From contig DHDH01000001.1 in assembly GCA_002399235.1 (NCBI GenBank), positions 24,594 to 88,593 on the forward strand: a stretch of 64,000 nucleotides of DNA, given 5' to 3'. Source of the DNA: Firmicutes bacterium UBA4881. GTDB taxonomy: Bacteria; Bacillota; DTU065. The translations under genes and the position numbers were made by a program. How positions within the stretch are numbered: position 1 is the first letter of the stretch; every line of letters begins with the position of its first letter. The notes beneath the pieces were generated by a model. That model was not told the DNA's origin and did no database searches. It was given only the letters and a program-made list of their open reading frames with translations. Below are positions 48,649 to 59,243 of the stretch, in pieces.

Positions 48649-50151
48649 TTATAACTTACTAGATAATAACCAATCTACGATATCAAGATAGATTTTTTCT
48701 GGTGATTGGAAAACTTCTTCGATACCGAATTTAGGATTATTCAGAGGAGATGGAGTGAAGTAGTGAGTAAGATGAGGGTAGGTAATGACTTTAATCCCAG
48801 TAGATTTTTGAAATGCTCTTCTTAAGTCTTCTGCATGATGGGGAAGAACTTTGAGGTCAGCTTCACCTTGCAGAATTAACACAGGTTGAGTAACCAAACT
48901 AGCCAATTTACCTGTATCAGTTTCCATATGTTGTTTAAGGTAGGGGCCAGTAAAGCCAAGTGGAGTAATAGCTTGCCCTTTTTTCGCTAACCCTAGACTG
49001 GTTTTAGTTAGGTCCAAAAGTCCCTCAAGGTATTTGCGATTTTGTGCAGAAAGATTTGGTATACCTAACTGAGAATTAAGCTGTTCTAATAATATTTGAT
49101 CTAAAGATTGGCTTGGAGTAGCAAGTAAAATAAGAAAGGCTATATCATCTCTATTTGCAGCTAACTTAGTTGCGATTACTCCGCCTTCACTATGGCCTAA
49201 GATACCAATCTTTTTAACATCCGTTCGTGTTTTAAGGTAATCGATAGCTTTTACGCTATCTTCTATTAAGGTCTGAAGATCCTTATTCATATGGTTACCA
49301 GTGCTTTTGCCTGTACCTCGATCATCAAAGCGCAAGACACCATAGCCATTAGCTATTAGGTAGCGAGTTAAATGTTTAAAAAGGCTGTTATTCATCTCTG
49401 GGGGTGAATTGTTATCCCGGTCTTGGGGTCCAGAACCAGATAGCAGTAAAAGGACTGGAAACTGACCTGTGTTTTTAGGCAAATCTAATTCTCCGTGTAG
49501 TAAATCATTTTCACGGCTAATAACAACAGGAATCGAACGATAATTTATGTCTTGCTGTTTTTTAAATACCGTTTCCCAATCCTGTAGATAGCACTCTAAT
49601 CCTTGTGTTGGAATAGAAAGACGTACTAATTTATCTTCGAAAAAATAACCAAAAACAGCTAACTGTCCTACATTAACCTGACGAACTTTAGTATTATAAG
49701 GGCCGGGAGCCCAAGCAGAATAGTTCGCTTTAAGCATGAGTAGCTGAGAAGGAACCACAATTTGGGAAGGAGCATCTTGAAAAATATATGACCAGAGAAA
49801 AAAAGTGTTGTTCTCTACAGGATATAAACCTTTACCTCTAAATGTTCTACTTTGCTTTGCTACAGTAAATGTCGCTGAGTTACCTTTTAGGGTTCCTGTT
49901 ATAGAAACTTGATTATTTAAGTTAGCTTGATATAGTTCCGGTTGGTTACCTTTAAAAGCTAAAGTTTGAGAAAAAAGCAGTTTTTGTCCAGAAGCATTTA
50001 TCTCAGTGTTAGTAATGACTTGGTTATTAACAAAAACTACTTCTTCAAAACCTAATAAGGCATCACCCATGTAGATTACATATTTTGTAGCTAAGGTTGG
50101 TAAAGAAATTAAAATAACTAAAATTAATAAAAAACATTTACGCATCTCCAT
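48649..50151 (-). CDS. secreted alpha/beta-hydrolase fold protein with N-terminal β-domain
   Basis: Signal peptide. Nucleophile elbow GHSEGG. Catalytic Asp and His candidates lie downstream. About 200-aa non-catalytic N-terminal domain. Confidence 0.65.
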   Translation of the reverse strand: MEMRKCFLLILVILISLPTLATKYVIYMGDALLGFEEVVFVNNQVITNTEINASGQKLLFSQTLAFKGNQPELYQANLNNQVSITGTLKGNSATFTVAKQSRTFRGKGLYPVENNTFFLWSYIFQDAPSQIVVPSQLLMLKANYSAWAPGPYNTKVRQVNVGQLAVFGYFFEDKLVRLSIPTQGLECYLQDWETVFKKQQDINYRSIPVVISRENDLLHGELDLPKNTGQFPVLLLLSGSGPQDRDNNSPPEMNNSLFKHLTRYLIANGYGVLRFDDRGTGKSTGNHMNKDLQTLIEDSVKAIDYLKTRTDVKKIGILGHSEGGVIATKLAANRDDIAFLILLATPSQSLDQILLEQLNSQLGIPNLSAQNRKYLEGLLDLTKTSLGLAKKGQAITPLGFTGPYLKQHMETDTGKLASLVTQPVLILQGEADLKVLPHHAEDLRRAFQKSTGIKVITYPHLTHYFTPSPLNNPKFGIEEVFQSPEKIYLDIVDWLLSSKL

Positions 50152-50211
50152 TCACCTCGTACTTAGTACTACGATTATATTACAAGAAAGTTTCTTAGAG
50201 GAGGTAAGAAA

Positions 50212-50736
50212 ATGTTCTTTCGAGATTATTTTTGCTTAGATAGGCTTTTAGGTTTTCCATTCGAAGTCACTGCTATCTACACCGAAAAAGGTATAGTTTA
50301 TGTTGGTGTTAACGAGTTTAAGCCTCCAAAATTTATTACTTCCACACCTAAGTTGATCAATCTTAGTCACCTAATATTACGTCAGCAATTGGAAGAATAT
50401 TTTCGTGGTAAAAGGAAAATATTTGATCTCCAACTTGATTTAAGAACAACAGATTATCGCCGTAAAGTATATAACGCACTTCTAGCTATTCCTTATGGAG
50501 AGGTACGTACTTATAAACAAGTTGCTTGTAGTTTAGGTGTGCCAAATGGCCAAAGAGCAGTAGGTCAAGCTTTAAAAGCTAATCCATTACCAATAATTAT
50601 CCCTTGTCATCGTGTGGTAGCCGAAAGTGGGCTAGGTGGATTTAGCTTAGGGACAGAACTCAAAGAGGCACTTCTAGATCTAGAAAAAAGCTCTCTAAGA
50701 CCAAAGGACAATAAAGAGGTAGCTTTAGCAGAATAA
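50212..50736 (+). CDS. ogt: methylated-DNA--protein-cysteine methyltransferase
   Basis: Active-site PCHRVV motif (IIIPCHRVVAESG) and the DNA-binding helix-turn-helix region (YGEVRTYKQVA). RBS GGAGGTAAG. Confidence 0.85.
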   Translation: MFFRDYFCLDRLLGFPFEVTAIYTEKGIVYVGVNEFKPPKFITSTPKLINLSHLILRQQLEEYFRGKRKIFDLQLDLRTTDYRRKVYNALLAIPYGEVRTYKQVACSLGVPNGQRAVGQALKANPLPIIIPCHRVVAESGLGGFSLGTELKEALLDLEKSSLRPKDNKEVALAE

Positions 50737-50818
50737 ATTGCGCTTTGGAGTTCAATTAACATGAATCTTACAGGTAATTGACTTAGGGTTTTAAATATGA
50801 TAATCTTAGAGAAAGTTT

Positions 50819-50871
50819 TAGTTTAGCTTAGATAAGCTTAGATTAGAGGAGCTGAGTTTAGTTGAGTAGAG
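50819..50871 (+). promoter_or_regulatory. array of 11 (G/U)AG triplets at 2-nt spacing: candidate TRAP (MtrB) binding site over the RBS and start codon
   Basis: TAG-tt-TAG-ct-TAG-ataagct-TAG-at-TAG-ag-GAG-ct-GAG-tt-TAG-tt-GAG-ta-GAG. It covers the SD (AGAGGAG, 50845-50851) and the TTG start (50862). Confidence 0.55.
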
Positions 50872-51407
50872 AAAAAAATTTAACAAGAGATCTAACTTTA
50901 GCAGGTTTAATGGTGGCAGTTGGGTTTGTATTACATGGTTTTTTCCCAGCTATTGTAGCAGGAATGAAACCAGACTTTTCCTTGATAATGTTAATTTTAT
51001 TTGCTTTATTAAGAAGAGATCGTAAGATAACCATTGCTGCAGGGGTAGCTACAGCTATTATTACAGCACTGACAACAACCTTCCCAGGCGGACAGCTACC
51101 AAATATAATTGATAAATTACTAACTACAGCTGTTGTATTAGGGCTCACAATGTTTGCTGAAGGTTATTATAATGCTATCATTACCGGGATTATAGGTACA
51201 ATTGTAAGTGGTGTTACCTTCTTAACATCAGCTTTACTAATTTCTGGTTTACCAGCACCATACAAGGTTTTATTTTTCTCAGTTGTTTTACCGGCAACAG
51301 CTCTTAATACCGTAGCCATTGCGGTTCTTTACCCTGTTGTAGTTAAACTAAACCAGATGATAAAACCTAGAACCGCTACAGCATCTAGAACTACTAAAGT
51401 TGCATAA
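50862..51407 (+). CDS. trpP: TrpP-like tryptophan transporter / ECF-type S-component membrane protein
   Basis: 181 aa with five to six TM helices. Its size and hydropathy match the TrpP (YhaG) family. TTG start after AGAGGAG. The call is supported by the upstream TRAP-type triplet array. Confidence 0.5.
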   Translation: MSREKNLTRDLTLAGLMVAVGFVLHGFFPAIVAGMKPDFSLIMLILFALLRRDRKITIAAGVATAIITALTTTFPGGQLPNIIDKLLTTAVVLGLTMFAEGYYNAIITGIIGTIVSGVTFLTSALLISGLPAPYKVLFFSVVLPATALNTVAIAVLYPVVVKLNQMIKPRTATASRTTKVA

Positions 51408-51543
51408 AGTTTGTAATTATAGCTGTTGACTATGTCAACAGCTTTTTTAGATCCATCTATTTCTGGTTTACCAGATCAGTTCAGTTTTATGTACATGGAA
51501 AGTGGGTGTGATTATTCACACCCACTTTATTATTAGGAAGTAA

Positions 51544-52590
51544 TTATTTTAGTTTGTTTATGAGGTTTTTGAGAAACAACAGATAATCATCTTCGGGTCC
51601 TTTATCAGCTTCCTTGAGGGAAGTTGCGAGAGTTTTAATCTGTTTAGTTTCTTTTTCTAGTTCGACAAGAACCTCTTCCAAGCCTTTATTTAGTTGCTCT
51701 TTCTCATCGGGGGTGAGTTTGTCAACAACAATATCGTGATGTAAGACCTGCAATGAGCAAGCACACTTTATTCTTAGATAGAGAAGCTTTTCAGCATCAT
51801 CTAATTTGAATTCTGCAAGTAGTGTTTCGACTAGTTCCAAAGCAGAGGCACAGTCATTATCTTCTAAAGCTTTGAGAGCTACAATTTTCAGAAAGTCTGC
51901 TACAAAGGTTTCTTTTTCGGGGTTATCACCTAAATTGCGTAATCTAGAGATAGCTAATGGTAGTTTACCAGCTGAGAGAGCAAGATTTACTCCGAAATCT
52001 TCTAACTCTTCGTAAAGAATAGCCCCTTTAACCCAAAGTTGTTCTGCTATGTCGAAATCTTTATGCATTACCAGGTGGGAAAGTAGTTGAAGCATTACTT
52101 TAGGTTCTGCACTTTCGAAGCGAGCTTCTATATCCTGACAAACAATCTCATGAGCAGCCCAATTAGTTCTTAAATGTTCATAGATAGCTAAGCGATCATA
52201 CCAAGCAAGAGCCTCATTTAGTTTTTCTTGCCAGAAAGTAAAAGGAATTTCTCTCTCTCCTAGAGCTTCGAAGGTGAGCATGAGGTTATAGGTGGTATAA
52301 GGATCTTTGGGAGCGGATTCAGCTATTTCTTTGGCTTTTTTAAAGTCACCTTGAAAAAAGGCACTCAGAGCTTGGCAGTGAGGAATGTCTACTAGGGGGT
52401 CACCCTTAGCTAGAGAATCAAAGAGACCCTCTGGTACGGTTTCCGAATAATTTTGGGGAAGGAGATAAGGCATCTCTAAAGCCCAAACAGCTCTTTCTAC
52501 AGGATTAGCAAGCTCTTCAACGAAATCTAAGGCCTCTGAAGGAGAAGTCTTGGCTAGCATTCTTTGCCAAAAAGGATTGTCATTTCTCAT
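51544..52590 (-). CDS. hypothetical all-helical (TPR-like) protein
   Basis: No catalytic motifs. Helical repeats. Overlaps the tyrS stop by 4 bp. Confidence 0.5.
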   Translation of the reverse strand: MRNDNPFWQRMLAKTSPSEALDFVEELANPVERAVWALEMPYLLPQNYSETVPEGLFDSLAKGDPLVDIPHCQALSAFFQGDFKKAKEIAESAPKDPYTTYNLMLTFEALGEREIPFTFWQEKLNEALAWYDRLAIYEHLRTNWAAHEIVCQDIEARFESAEPKVMLQLLSHLVMHKDFDIAEQLWVKGAILYEELEDFGVNLALSAGKLPLAISRLRNLGDNPEKETFVADFLKIVALKALEDNDCASALELVETLLAEFKLDDAEKLLYLRIKCACSLQVLHHDIVVDKLTPDEKEQLNKGLEEVLVELEKETKQIKTLATSLKEADKGPEDDYLLFLKNLINKLK

Positions 52591-53792
52591 TTTTTTAACC
52601 TCGCAAATTTACGTTTACCGACCTGAAGGACCATACCATCATCGATGGTAACTTCTAGATTACCATCTTCTACTTTGTTATTATTTAGTTTGACACCGCC
52701 TTGTTCGATCATTCGGCGAGCCTCAGAGTTTGATTTAACTAGTTCACAATCTACCATAAGTTTGACGATCCAGACTTTTTCTTCGTTAATGGTAAACTCA
52801 GGAATATCTTCTGGTAAACCACCTGAACTGAATACTTTCTCAAATTCATCTCGAGCTTTGATCGCTGCTTCTTCTCCGTGGTATTGGCTAACAATCTGCA
52901 TACCAAGTCTGCTTTTGACAGCTTTAGGATGTAGAGAACCATCATTAAGGCAGGCTTTGATCTTATCTATTTCAGTTTTGTCCATGTTAGTTACAAGTTC
53001 AAAGTAGGTTATCATCATTTCATCAGCTAAAGACATGACCTTACCATACATAGTATTAGGATCTTCTGTGATACCAATGTAGTTACCTAAGCTTTTACTC
53101 ATCTTATTAACTCCATCGAGGCCAACTAAAAGAGGTAAACACATAACAATTTGAGGCTCTTGACCAGCATCTCTTTGCAAGTCACGGCCTAATAAGATAT
53201 TGAAGACTTGATCTGTGCCACCAAGTTCAACGTCAGCTTTAATCTCCACAGAGTCAGTAGCTTGCATGAGAGGGTAGATAAACTCTAAAATACTGATAGG
53301 TTGATTAGTAGAGTATCTTTTTGCAAAGTCATCTCTTTCAAGCATACGAGCCACAGTAATCTTGGAAGCCATGTCTGCTAAATCAGAAAAGGACATTTTG
53401 CTAAACCAGGCGCCATTAAAAGCTACTGTGGTTTGTTCTGGTTTAAGAATTTTAAAGACCTGCTCTTGATAGGTTTTAGCATTGGCTAAGACCTGCTCGT
53501 GAGTAAGACGAGGTCTAGTAGCTGATTTGCCAGAAGGATCGCCAATCATAGCGGTGTAATCACCAATAATTAATGTTACATTATGGCCTAGATCTTGAAA
53601 CTGTCTCAATTTTTGTAGGGGAACAGTGTGACCTAAATGGATATCAGAGCTAGTAGGGTCTACACCTAGTTTAACATTAAGGGGACGATTCTCTGCGATA
53701 GATTTTTCAAGTTTTTTAAGTAATTCATCTGCTGATACTACTTGGGCTACTCCTCGTAAGAGTACCTTAAGTTGTTCTTGAGCTGAAATCAT
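52587..53792 (-). CDS. tyrS: tyrosyl-tRNA synthetase
   Basis: HIGH-type motif ([10 protein letters not shown]), KMSKS (NKMSKSLGN), and a C-terminal S4-like domain. RBS AGGAGGTG. Preceded by a Tyr T-box leader. Confidence 0.9.
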   Translation of the reverse strand: MISAQEQLKVLLRGVAQVVSADELLKKLEKSIAENRPLNVKLGVDPTSSDIHLGHTVPLQKLRQFQDLGHNVTLIIGDYTAMIGDPSGKSATRPRLTHEQVLANAKTYQEQVFKILKPEQTTVAFNGAWFSKMSFSDLADMASKITVARMLERDDFAKRYSTNQPISILEFIYPLMQATDSVEIKADVELGGTDQVFNILLGRDLQRDAGQEPQIVMCLPLLVGLDGVNKMSKSLGNYIGITEDPNTMYGKVMSLADEMMITYFELVTNMDKTEIDKIKACLNDGSLHPKAVKSRLGMQIVSQYHGEEAAIKARDEFEKVFSSGGLPEDIPEFTINEEKVWIVKLMVDCELVKSNSEARRMIEQGGVKLNNNKVEDGNLEVTIDDGMVLQVGKRKFARLKK

Positions 53793-53808
53793 CAGCGCGC
53801 ACCTCCTA

Positions 53809-54045
53809 AAAATAAAAAAAAGAAACCGTCCCCCAGAAAGGGACGGTTAATACCGCGGTACCACCCTAGTTGCCCCCTAAGGGGCCACTTGATCCTTATA
53901 ACGGTAGGGAACCGAAGAAGGCTACTGAAAGTTCACCATCTTAGCTCTAGGGTGTACTTCATCTGAATTCTAGCTACCAGTTTACACCGACCACTGGCTC
54001 TCTAAAAGTCGAAGACAGACTACTCTCCCTGTCATTGCTTTATTC
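53809..54045 (-). promoter_or_regulatory. T-box riboswitch leader (Tyr specifier UAC) with terminator/antiterminator
   Basis: Minus-strand reading: sigma-A-like promoter TTGACG-17-TAGAAT; stem I with AGAGAG; specifier loop ..GAAGUACACCC (UAC followed by A); conserved T-box AACUAGGGUGGUACCGCGG (plus 53853-53871); terminator ACCGUCCC-loop-GGGACGGU followed by a U-run (plus 53809-53847). Confidence 0.85.
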
Positions 54046-54148
54046 TCATTCTAAACAAAGTAAGTAAGAGCGTCAAGAGCAATTAAAATGAGAAAATCTT
54101 TTTCTGGTAAAACATTTATTTAAATTAGTATTAAAGTAAATTCCTTAA

Positions 54149-55183
54149 TTAAAGTTTTCTCTGCTTAAAAGCATAGTAGCTGTTTGTTTTGAAAATTTCT
54201 GGTTCGATTTTTAGTTTGTCCTCTTCCTTAGGATTAGTAGTTAGAAAAGAATTGACACTTTCTGCAAGTAGTTCTTCATACTTAAGGTTAATACTAGATA
54301 CTTGACCTAAAAGCTTAATGGCAGTAACATATTCCTGCATGTCCCAAAGATTACTAAACCAAAGTTCACCAATTCTGCTAAGAAGACGGGCAGCTTCTCT
54401 AGCTGGTTTGGAGTTCGGAAACTGGCGGTTAAGCTGATGATAATAACTAGTGGCGGCGGTAAAGTCAGTTTTTTCTAAACAGATCTGCAAAATATAAAAC
54501 TGCAGATCAAGATTGTTGGGCTGTTCGAAAACTGCCTTTTTCCAGATATTTTCTGCTATACTTAATTCGTGAAGGGAGAGTAAAATCTCTAATACCTCCC
54601 AATAAGCACTAGCACTTTGTTTGGAAGATTCATTTAAAAGTAGGAGTATTTCTTCACGATTTAGGGGGAATTTCTTAAGAGCTAAAGCTAATTCGATGTA
54701 ACTTAATGAAGGTAGAATACTCTTGATATAAGCAGAAGCTTTCTCTAAATTATTTAATTTAGCATAGGTTAAAGCAATATTAAAATAGAGGTGCTTATCA
54801 TCTAAAAGTTGAATTTCTGTTTTCAAGTAGTAGTCTAAAGCTTTATTAAATTCACCTTGGAGGTAAAAAGCTGTACCTGAGAGCATATTTAAGTAGGGCT
54901 CTTCACTTTCGATACTCTGTAAGTCGCTGTTGATGTTTCCTAGCACAAAATCACGATATTCGGGTAAATGATTAATATGGGCCATATTCCAACCTACAGG
55001 TAGGTAGTAAGGTAGCTCCATATTTAAATAAGCTCTTTTAATTTCATCTCTGAGAATGTTAACAGCCTCAATATATTGATTGATATCTTCTAATTGATAT
55101 GTTTTTAAGGCATAGGCCATTTCTATCTCTTCTAAGCAGGCTGTTTTCAAAAGACCAAGTACTTGGTAAGCGTTTTTTGACAC
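54149..55183 (-). CDS. hypothetical all-helical (TPR-like) protein
   Basis: Similar size and composition to 51544..52590. No catalytic motifs. Confidence 0.5.
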   Translation of the reverse strand: MSKNAYQVLGLLKTACLEEIEMAYALKTYQLEDINQYIEAVNILRDEIKRAYLNMELPYYLPVGWNMAHINHLPEYRDFVLGNINSDLQSIESEEPYLNMLSGTAFYLQGEFNKALDYYLKTEIQLLDDKHLYFNIALTYAKLNNLEKASAYIKSILPSLSYIELALALKKFPLNREEILLLLNESSKQSASAYWEVLEILLSLHELSIAENIWKKAVFEQPNNLDLQFYILQICLEKTDFTAATSYYHQLNRQFPNSKPAREAARLLSRIGELWFSNLWDMQEYVTAIKLLGQVSSINLKYEELLAESVNSFLTTNPKEEDKLKIEPEIFKTNSYYAFKQRKL

Positions 55184-55282
55184 CTCTATCCACTCCCTTT
55201 TTGGTAAAAATAAATTACAAGGATTTATTAGGTTAAGTTGCGAATCTTTAAGAACAGGAGAATCCTGAGGAAGGTGTATGAT

Positions 55283-57640
55283 ATGGCTAAAAGCAAAAAT
55301 AATCGAATTGTTTTACGCGTTATACTAATAACAATAGTTGTTATTATAGGTATTCTAGGTGGAACTGCTGCAACCCTTGTAGCCAACGCTTTAAAAACTG
55401 TACCTAGCCTTGAGGATATAAAATTTAGTCCTAAATTGGCAACGTCTATTTATGACCGCAATGGCCAGCTAATCCAGAGGTTGTTTATTGAAAATAGAAT
55501 TTGGGCTCCAATCGCCGAGATACCTAAAAATTTGCAAGAAGCCATTATAGCAGTTGAAGATCATGAATTTTATTCTCATCATGGGGTCAACCCTAAGGCT
55601 ATTTTGAGGTCATTGTTTCTCAATATAAAGACCAAAAGTTTAAGTTATGGTGGCAGTACAATTACTCAACAGTTAGCTAAAAATGCTTTCTTGACGCAAG
55701 AAAAGAAATTAGCCCGTAAGGTTAAAGAAGCTATCTGGGCTATCCAGATCGAACGAGCTTATACTAAAGATGAGATCCTAGAGACTTATCTTAATGAGAT
55801 ATGGTTTGGACATGGTGCTTATGGAGTTGAAGCAGCTGCCCAGCTATATTTCGGTAAGCATGTAGATGAACTTAATTTAGAAGAGATGGCACTTATTGCT
55901 GGTGTTACTAATAACCCCAGTCTTTTCTCTCCAAGGGTGAATATGGAAAAAGCTAAATCTAGACGTGACCTAGTTCTCAAGCGTATGTGGGAAGAAGGTT
56001 ACATCTCTAAAGATATTTATCAAGAAACAATCGAGAAGCCTATTGTTCTGTATGAAAAAGTTGCTGGCAGCAAGAAAACAGCTTCCTATTTTATCGAAAC
56101 AATACAACATTGGCTTTTAGAAAAGTATGGCTACGATAAGGTGTATAGTGGAGGCTTAGAAGTTTACACTACACTTGATCTTAATATGCAAAAACTTGCT
56201 GAGGAAACCTTACTTACAACTCTTCCCAATGGAGGAACCGACAAAAACGGCCTTACCCAACCTCAAGGAGCTTTAATTACCATTAATAACAAAACTGGTG
56301 AGATTTTAGCAATGGTTGGAGGTAGGGGAGAAGATAAGCTTAACAGAGCCTTACAGACTTATCGCCAACCAGGTTCGTCAATTAAACCATTTATTTATGC
56401 AACTGCTCTTGGGCAAGGTTATACTCCAGCTTCGATCTTTGTTGATGAACCAATAGAATATAAACTACCTTCTGGTGAGCTTTGGCCTGTACGGAATTAC
56501 CATCGCGATTACAGAGGGCCTATGACACTTAGATATGCTCTAGAAATGTCTACGAACGTTATTGCGGTTCAATTGTTAGATAAAGTTAGCGTTGACGCGG
56601 TAATTAAGACAATTAAAAAGCTAGGAATTACTAGTTTAATTGAATCTGGGCAAATTAATGATAAGGGACTATCACCACTTGCTTTAGGTGCTTTGACTAA
56701 AGGTGTATCGTTAGTACAAATGGCAGCAGCCTATGGTGCTTTTGCTAATCAAGGTATCTATTATGAACCGTTTTATATTTCTCGAATTGAAGAACCAAAT
56801 GGTAAAGTTATTTTTATTAACCACTCTAAACCTAATGTAGCTTTGGACGAAAAGGTAGCTTACGTTCTCACTGATATGTTAAAAGGTGTCGTTACTAGTG
56901 GTACAGCCAAACAAGCTAATATTGGTAGGCCACAAGCTGGTAAAACTGGAACTACTGATAACTATCAAGATGCTTGGTACGTAGGCTTTACACCTGAGTT
57001 AGTAACAGCTATTTGGGTAGGAGAAGACTTTCCTAAAGAGATGATCTATAATGATAGGAAATATGGTAGCTGGGATTGTGCTTCAATTTGGGGTAAATAT
57101 ATGAAAAAAGTTGTTGCTGATACAGAACCTACTGATTTTCTAAGACCATCCGGTCTTACTGATTTAGATATCTGCACAGAATCTGGCCTAATTGCTCAAG
57201 CTAACTGCCCGAATGTTAGAAAAGAAATATTTATTAGTGGCTCTGAACCGAAAGCACTCTGTACACTTCATGAACCTCAAAGTAGTAATCGAGATCGTAA
57301 CATGATACCATTAGACCTCGATTTTGAAGAGGATGAGACAGATACCGGTACTAACTTTATGAACAGTCTCTTGGACCTTTTTGGTAAACAAGAAACCAAG
57401 CCTGAACCTAAGCCTATAGAAGAGACAGAAGATATTACTACTCAGCAACCTTCCAATGAGAATAATCCAGATATAAAAGCCGGTGATAATGTACCAGATT
57501 ATCTGGTTACAGTGGAGCTTTGTGGAGATTCTGGGAAGGTAGCAACACCTGCTTGTCCAGCTTCTAAAATCTACAAAATTAATTATTTAAAAGGTACTGA
57601 ACCTACTGAAGAATGCGATATACATGGCGGTGAGCAATAA
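55283..57640 (+). CDS. ponA: class A penicillin-binding protein (PBP1A-type glycosyltransferase plus transpeptidase)
   Basis: GT51 motifs (EDHEFYSHHG, GGSTITQQLAKN). Transpeptidase SxxK (GSSIKP), SxN, KTG (KTGTT). Acidic low-complexity C-terminal tail. ATG 55283, 7 nt after GAGGAAGGTG. Confidence 0.85.
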   Translation: MAKSKNNRIVLRVILITIVVIIGILGGTAATLVANALKTVPSLEDIKFSPKLATSIYDRNGQLIQRLFIENRIWAPIAEIPKNLQEAIIAVEDHEFYSHHGVNPKAILRSLFLNIKTKSLSYGGSTITQQLAKNAFLTQEKKLARKVKEAIWAIQIERAYTKDEILETYLNEIWFGHGAYGVEAAAQLYFGKHVDELNLEEMALIAGVTNNPSLFSPRVNMEKAKSRRDLVLKRMWEEGYISKDIYQETIEKPIVLYEKVAGSKKTASYFIETIQHWLLEKYGYDKVYSGGLEVYTTLDLNMQKLAEETLLTTLPNGGTDKNGLTQPQGALITINNKTGEILAMVGGRGEDKLNRALQTYRQPGSSIKPFIYATALGQGYTPASIFVDEPIEYKLPSGELWPVRNYHRDYRGPMTLRYALEMSTNVIAVQLLDKVSVDAVIKTIKKLGITSLIESGQINDKGLSPLALGALTKGVSLVQMAAAYGAFANQGIYYEPFYISRIEEPNGKVIFINHSKPNVALDEKVAYVLTDMLKGVVTSGTAKQANIGRPQAGKTGTTDNYQDAWYVGFTPELVTAIWVGEDFPKEMIYNDRKYGSWDCASIWGKYMKKVVADTEPTDFLRPSGLTDLDICTESGLIAQANCPNVRKEIFISGSEPKALCTLHEPQSSNRDRNMIPLDLDFEEDETDTGTNFMNSLLDLFGKQETKPEPKPIEETEDITTQQPSNENNPDIKAGDNVPDYLVTVELCGDSGKVATPACPASKIYKINYLKGTEPTEECDIHGGEQ

Positions 57641-57690
57641 TTAGTTCAGGTCTTGGACATTCTCTATTCTTTCATGTACAATTGATCTAG

Positions 57691-57725
57691 AAAAAGGCAA
57701 AGGTTGTTACAACCTTTGCCTCTCA
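57691..57725 (+). terminator. stem-loop terminator after the PBP gene
   Basis: 11-bp stem GGCAAAGGTTG-TTA-CAACCTTTGCC with a weak U-tract on the plus strand. Confidence 0.45.
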
Positions 57726-57788
57726 CTGTTGATGTATTTTAGCTTAATAAAATAAGTAGTTGATAGTAGTGGAAGGAGACGGATTTTA

Positions 57789-59237
57789 GTGAGCGAAGTT
57801 AGAGTTCGTTTTGCTCCCTCACCTACAGGGGACCCACATGTAGGCAATATACGTACGGCTTTGTTTAATTATCTATATGCACGGCATACAGGCGGTAAAT
57901 TTATTGTCCGCATTGAGGATACAGATCAAGTGCGCCTTAAAGAGGGCAGTGACCAGGCAATCTTTGATAGTCTACGTTGGTTAGGCATGAATTGGGATGA
58001 AGGACCAGATTGTGGTGGTCCTCATGCTCCTTACAGACAGTCGGAAAGATTAGAGTTATATAAAAAGCATGCCTTAGAGCTTGTAGAAAAGGGTATGGCT
58101 TATTATTGTTTCTGTTCTGCAGAAAGATTAGATCAGATGCGTCAAATTCAAGAGGCTGCTAAAAAAGCACCGATGTATGATCGCAAATGTCTTAATCTAA
58201 CTAAAGAGGAGATTAAGGCCAAAATAGACGCTGGTGAACCCTATGTGATTAGACTTAAAGTTCCAAGAGAAGGAACAACTGAATTTGAAGATATCATTAG
58301 AGGTAAAGTGTCTTTTGAGAATAGTGTAGTAGACGATCAAGTCCTTTTAAAAAGTGATGGTTTCCCAACCTATCATTTAGCTTGCGTAGTTGATGACCAT
58401 TATATGGGTATTACTAATGTAATTAGAGCAGAAGAGTGGATCTCTAGCACTCCTAAACATATTATGCTCTACGAAGCATTTGGCTGGACCCCACCTCGTT
58501 TTGCCCATTGTCCAATGGTTTTGGCACCAGATAGGAGTAAGCTAAGTAAGAGACATGGTGCAACTGGTGTTAAACAGTTTAGAGATCTAGGTTACCTACC
58601 AGAAGCATTGGTTAATTTCCTTGCCTTTTTAGGTTGGGCTCCACAAGATGAAAGAGAGATCTTTTCTTTAGATGAACTTTGCGAAGCATTTGAATTAGAA
58701 CGGGTTAATAAAGCTGGCGCTATCTTTGATATGAACAAATTAGATTGGTATAACGGCTATTATATCAGACATATTGCCACAGAAGATTTAGCAAATCGCA
58801 CTTTGCCATTTTTAGAAAAAGCGGGTATTGTACCAAACGATCATGATTATCTAGTTAAATGCGTTGCTTTAGTACAAGAAAGAATGAAAAACTTAGCTGA
58901 AGCTCCAGAGCTATTAGACTTTTTCTTTAAGCAGCCTGAATATGAGCCTAGCTTGCTCATTCCCAAAAAGAGCGACGTCGAGACCTCTAAAAAAGCCCTA
59001 GCTAAATGTAAGGAAGTTTTAGCAGGATTAGATGCTTGGGAGCATGATGCTATGGAAGAGGCTTTAAGGAAGGCTGCTGAAGAACTTGGTATTAAATCTG
59101 GTCAGATCCTCTGGCCTCTAAGAGCGGCTTTAACTGGCAAACCAGCATCACCAGGTGCTTTTGAAGTTACTTTAGTATTAGGTAAAAAAGAAGCACTAGC
59201 TCGTCTAGACATAGCTCTAGAAAGACTCTCCCGTTAA
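57789..59237 (+). CDS. gltX: glutamyl-tRNA synthetase
   Basis: RFAPSPTGDPHVGNIRTAL (HIGH region), KLSKR (KMSKS equivalent), and an anticodon-binding C-terminus. GTG start after GGAAGGAGA. Confidence 0.9.
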   Translation: MSEVRVRFAPSPTGDPHVGNIRTALFNYLYARHTGGKFIVRIEDTDQVRLKEGSDQAIFDSLRWLGMNWDEGPDCGGPHAPYRQSERLELYKKHALELVEKGMAYYCFCSAERLDQMRQIQEAAKKAPMYDRKCLNLTKEEIKAKIDAGEPYVIRLKVPREGTTEFEDIIRGKVSFENSVVDDQVLLKSDGFPTYHLACVVDDHYMGITNVIRAEEWISSTPKHIMLYEAFGWTPPRFAHCPMVLAPDRSKLSKRHGATGVKQFRDLGYLPEALVNFLAFLGWAPQDEREIFSLDELCEAFELERVNKAGAIFDMNKLDWYNGYYIRHIATEDLANRTLPFLEKAGIVPNDHDYLVKCVALVQERMKNLAEAPELLDFFFKQPEYEPSLLIPKKSDVETSKKALAKCKEVLAGLDAWEHDAMEEALRKAAEELGIKSGQILWPLRAALTGKPASPGAFEVTLVLGKKEALARLDIALERLSR

Positions 59238-59243
59238 AAAGTA

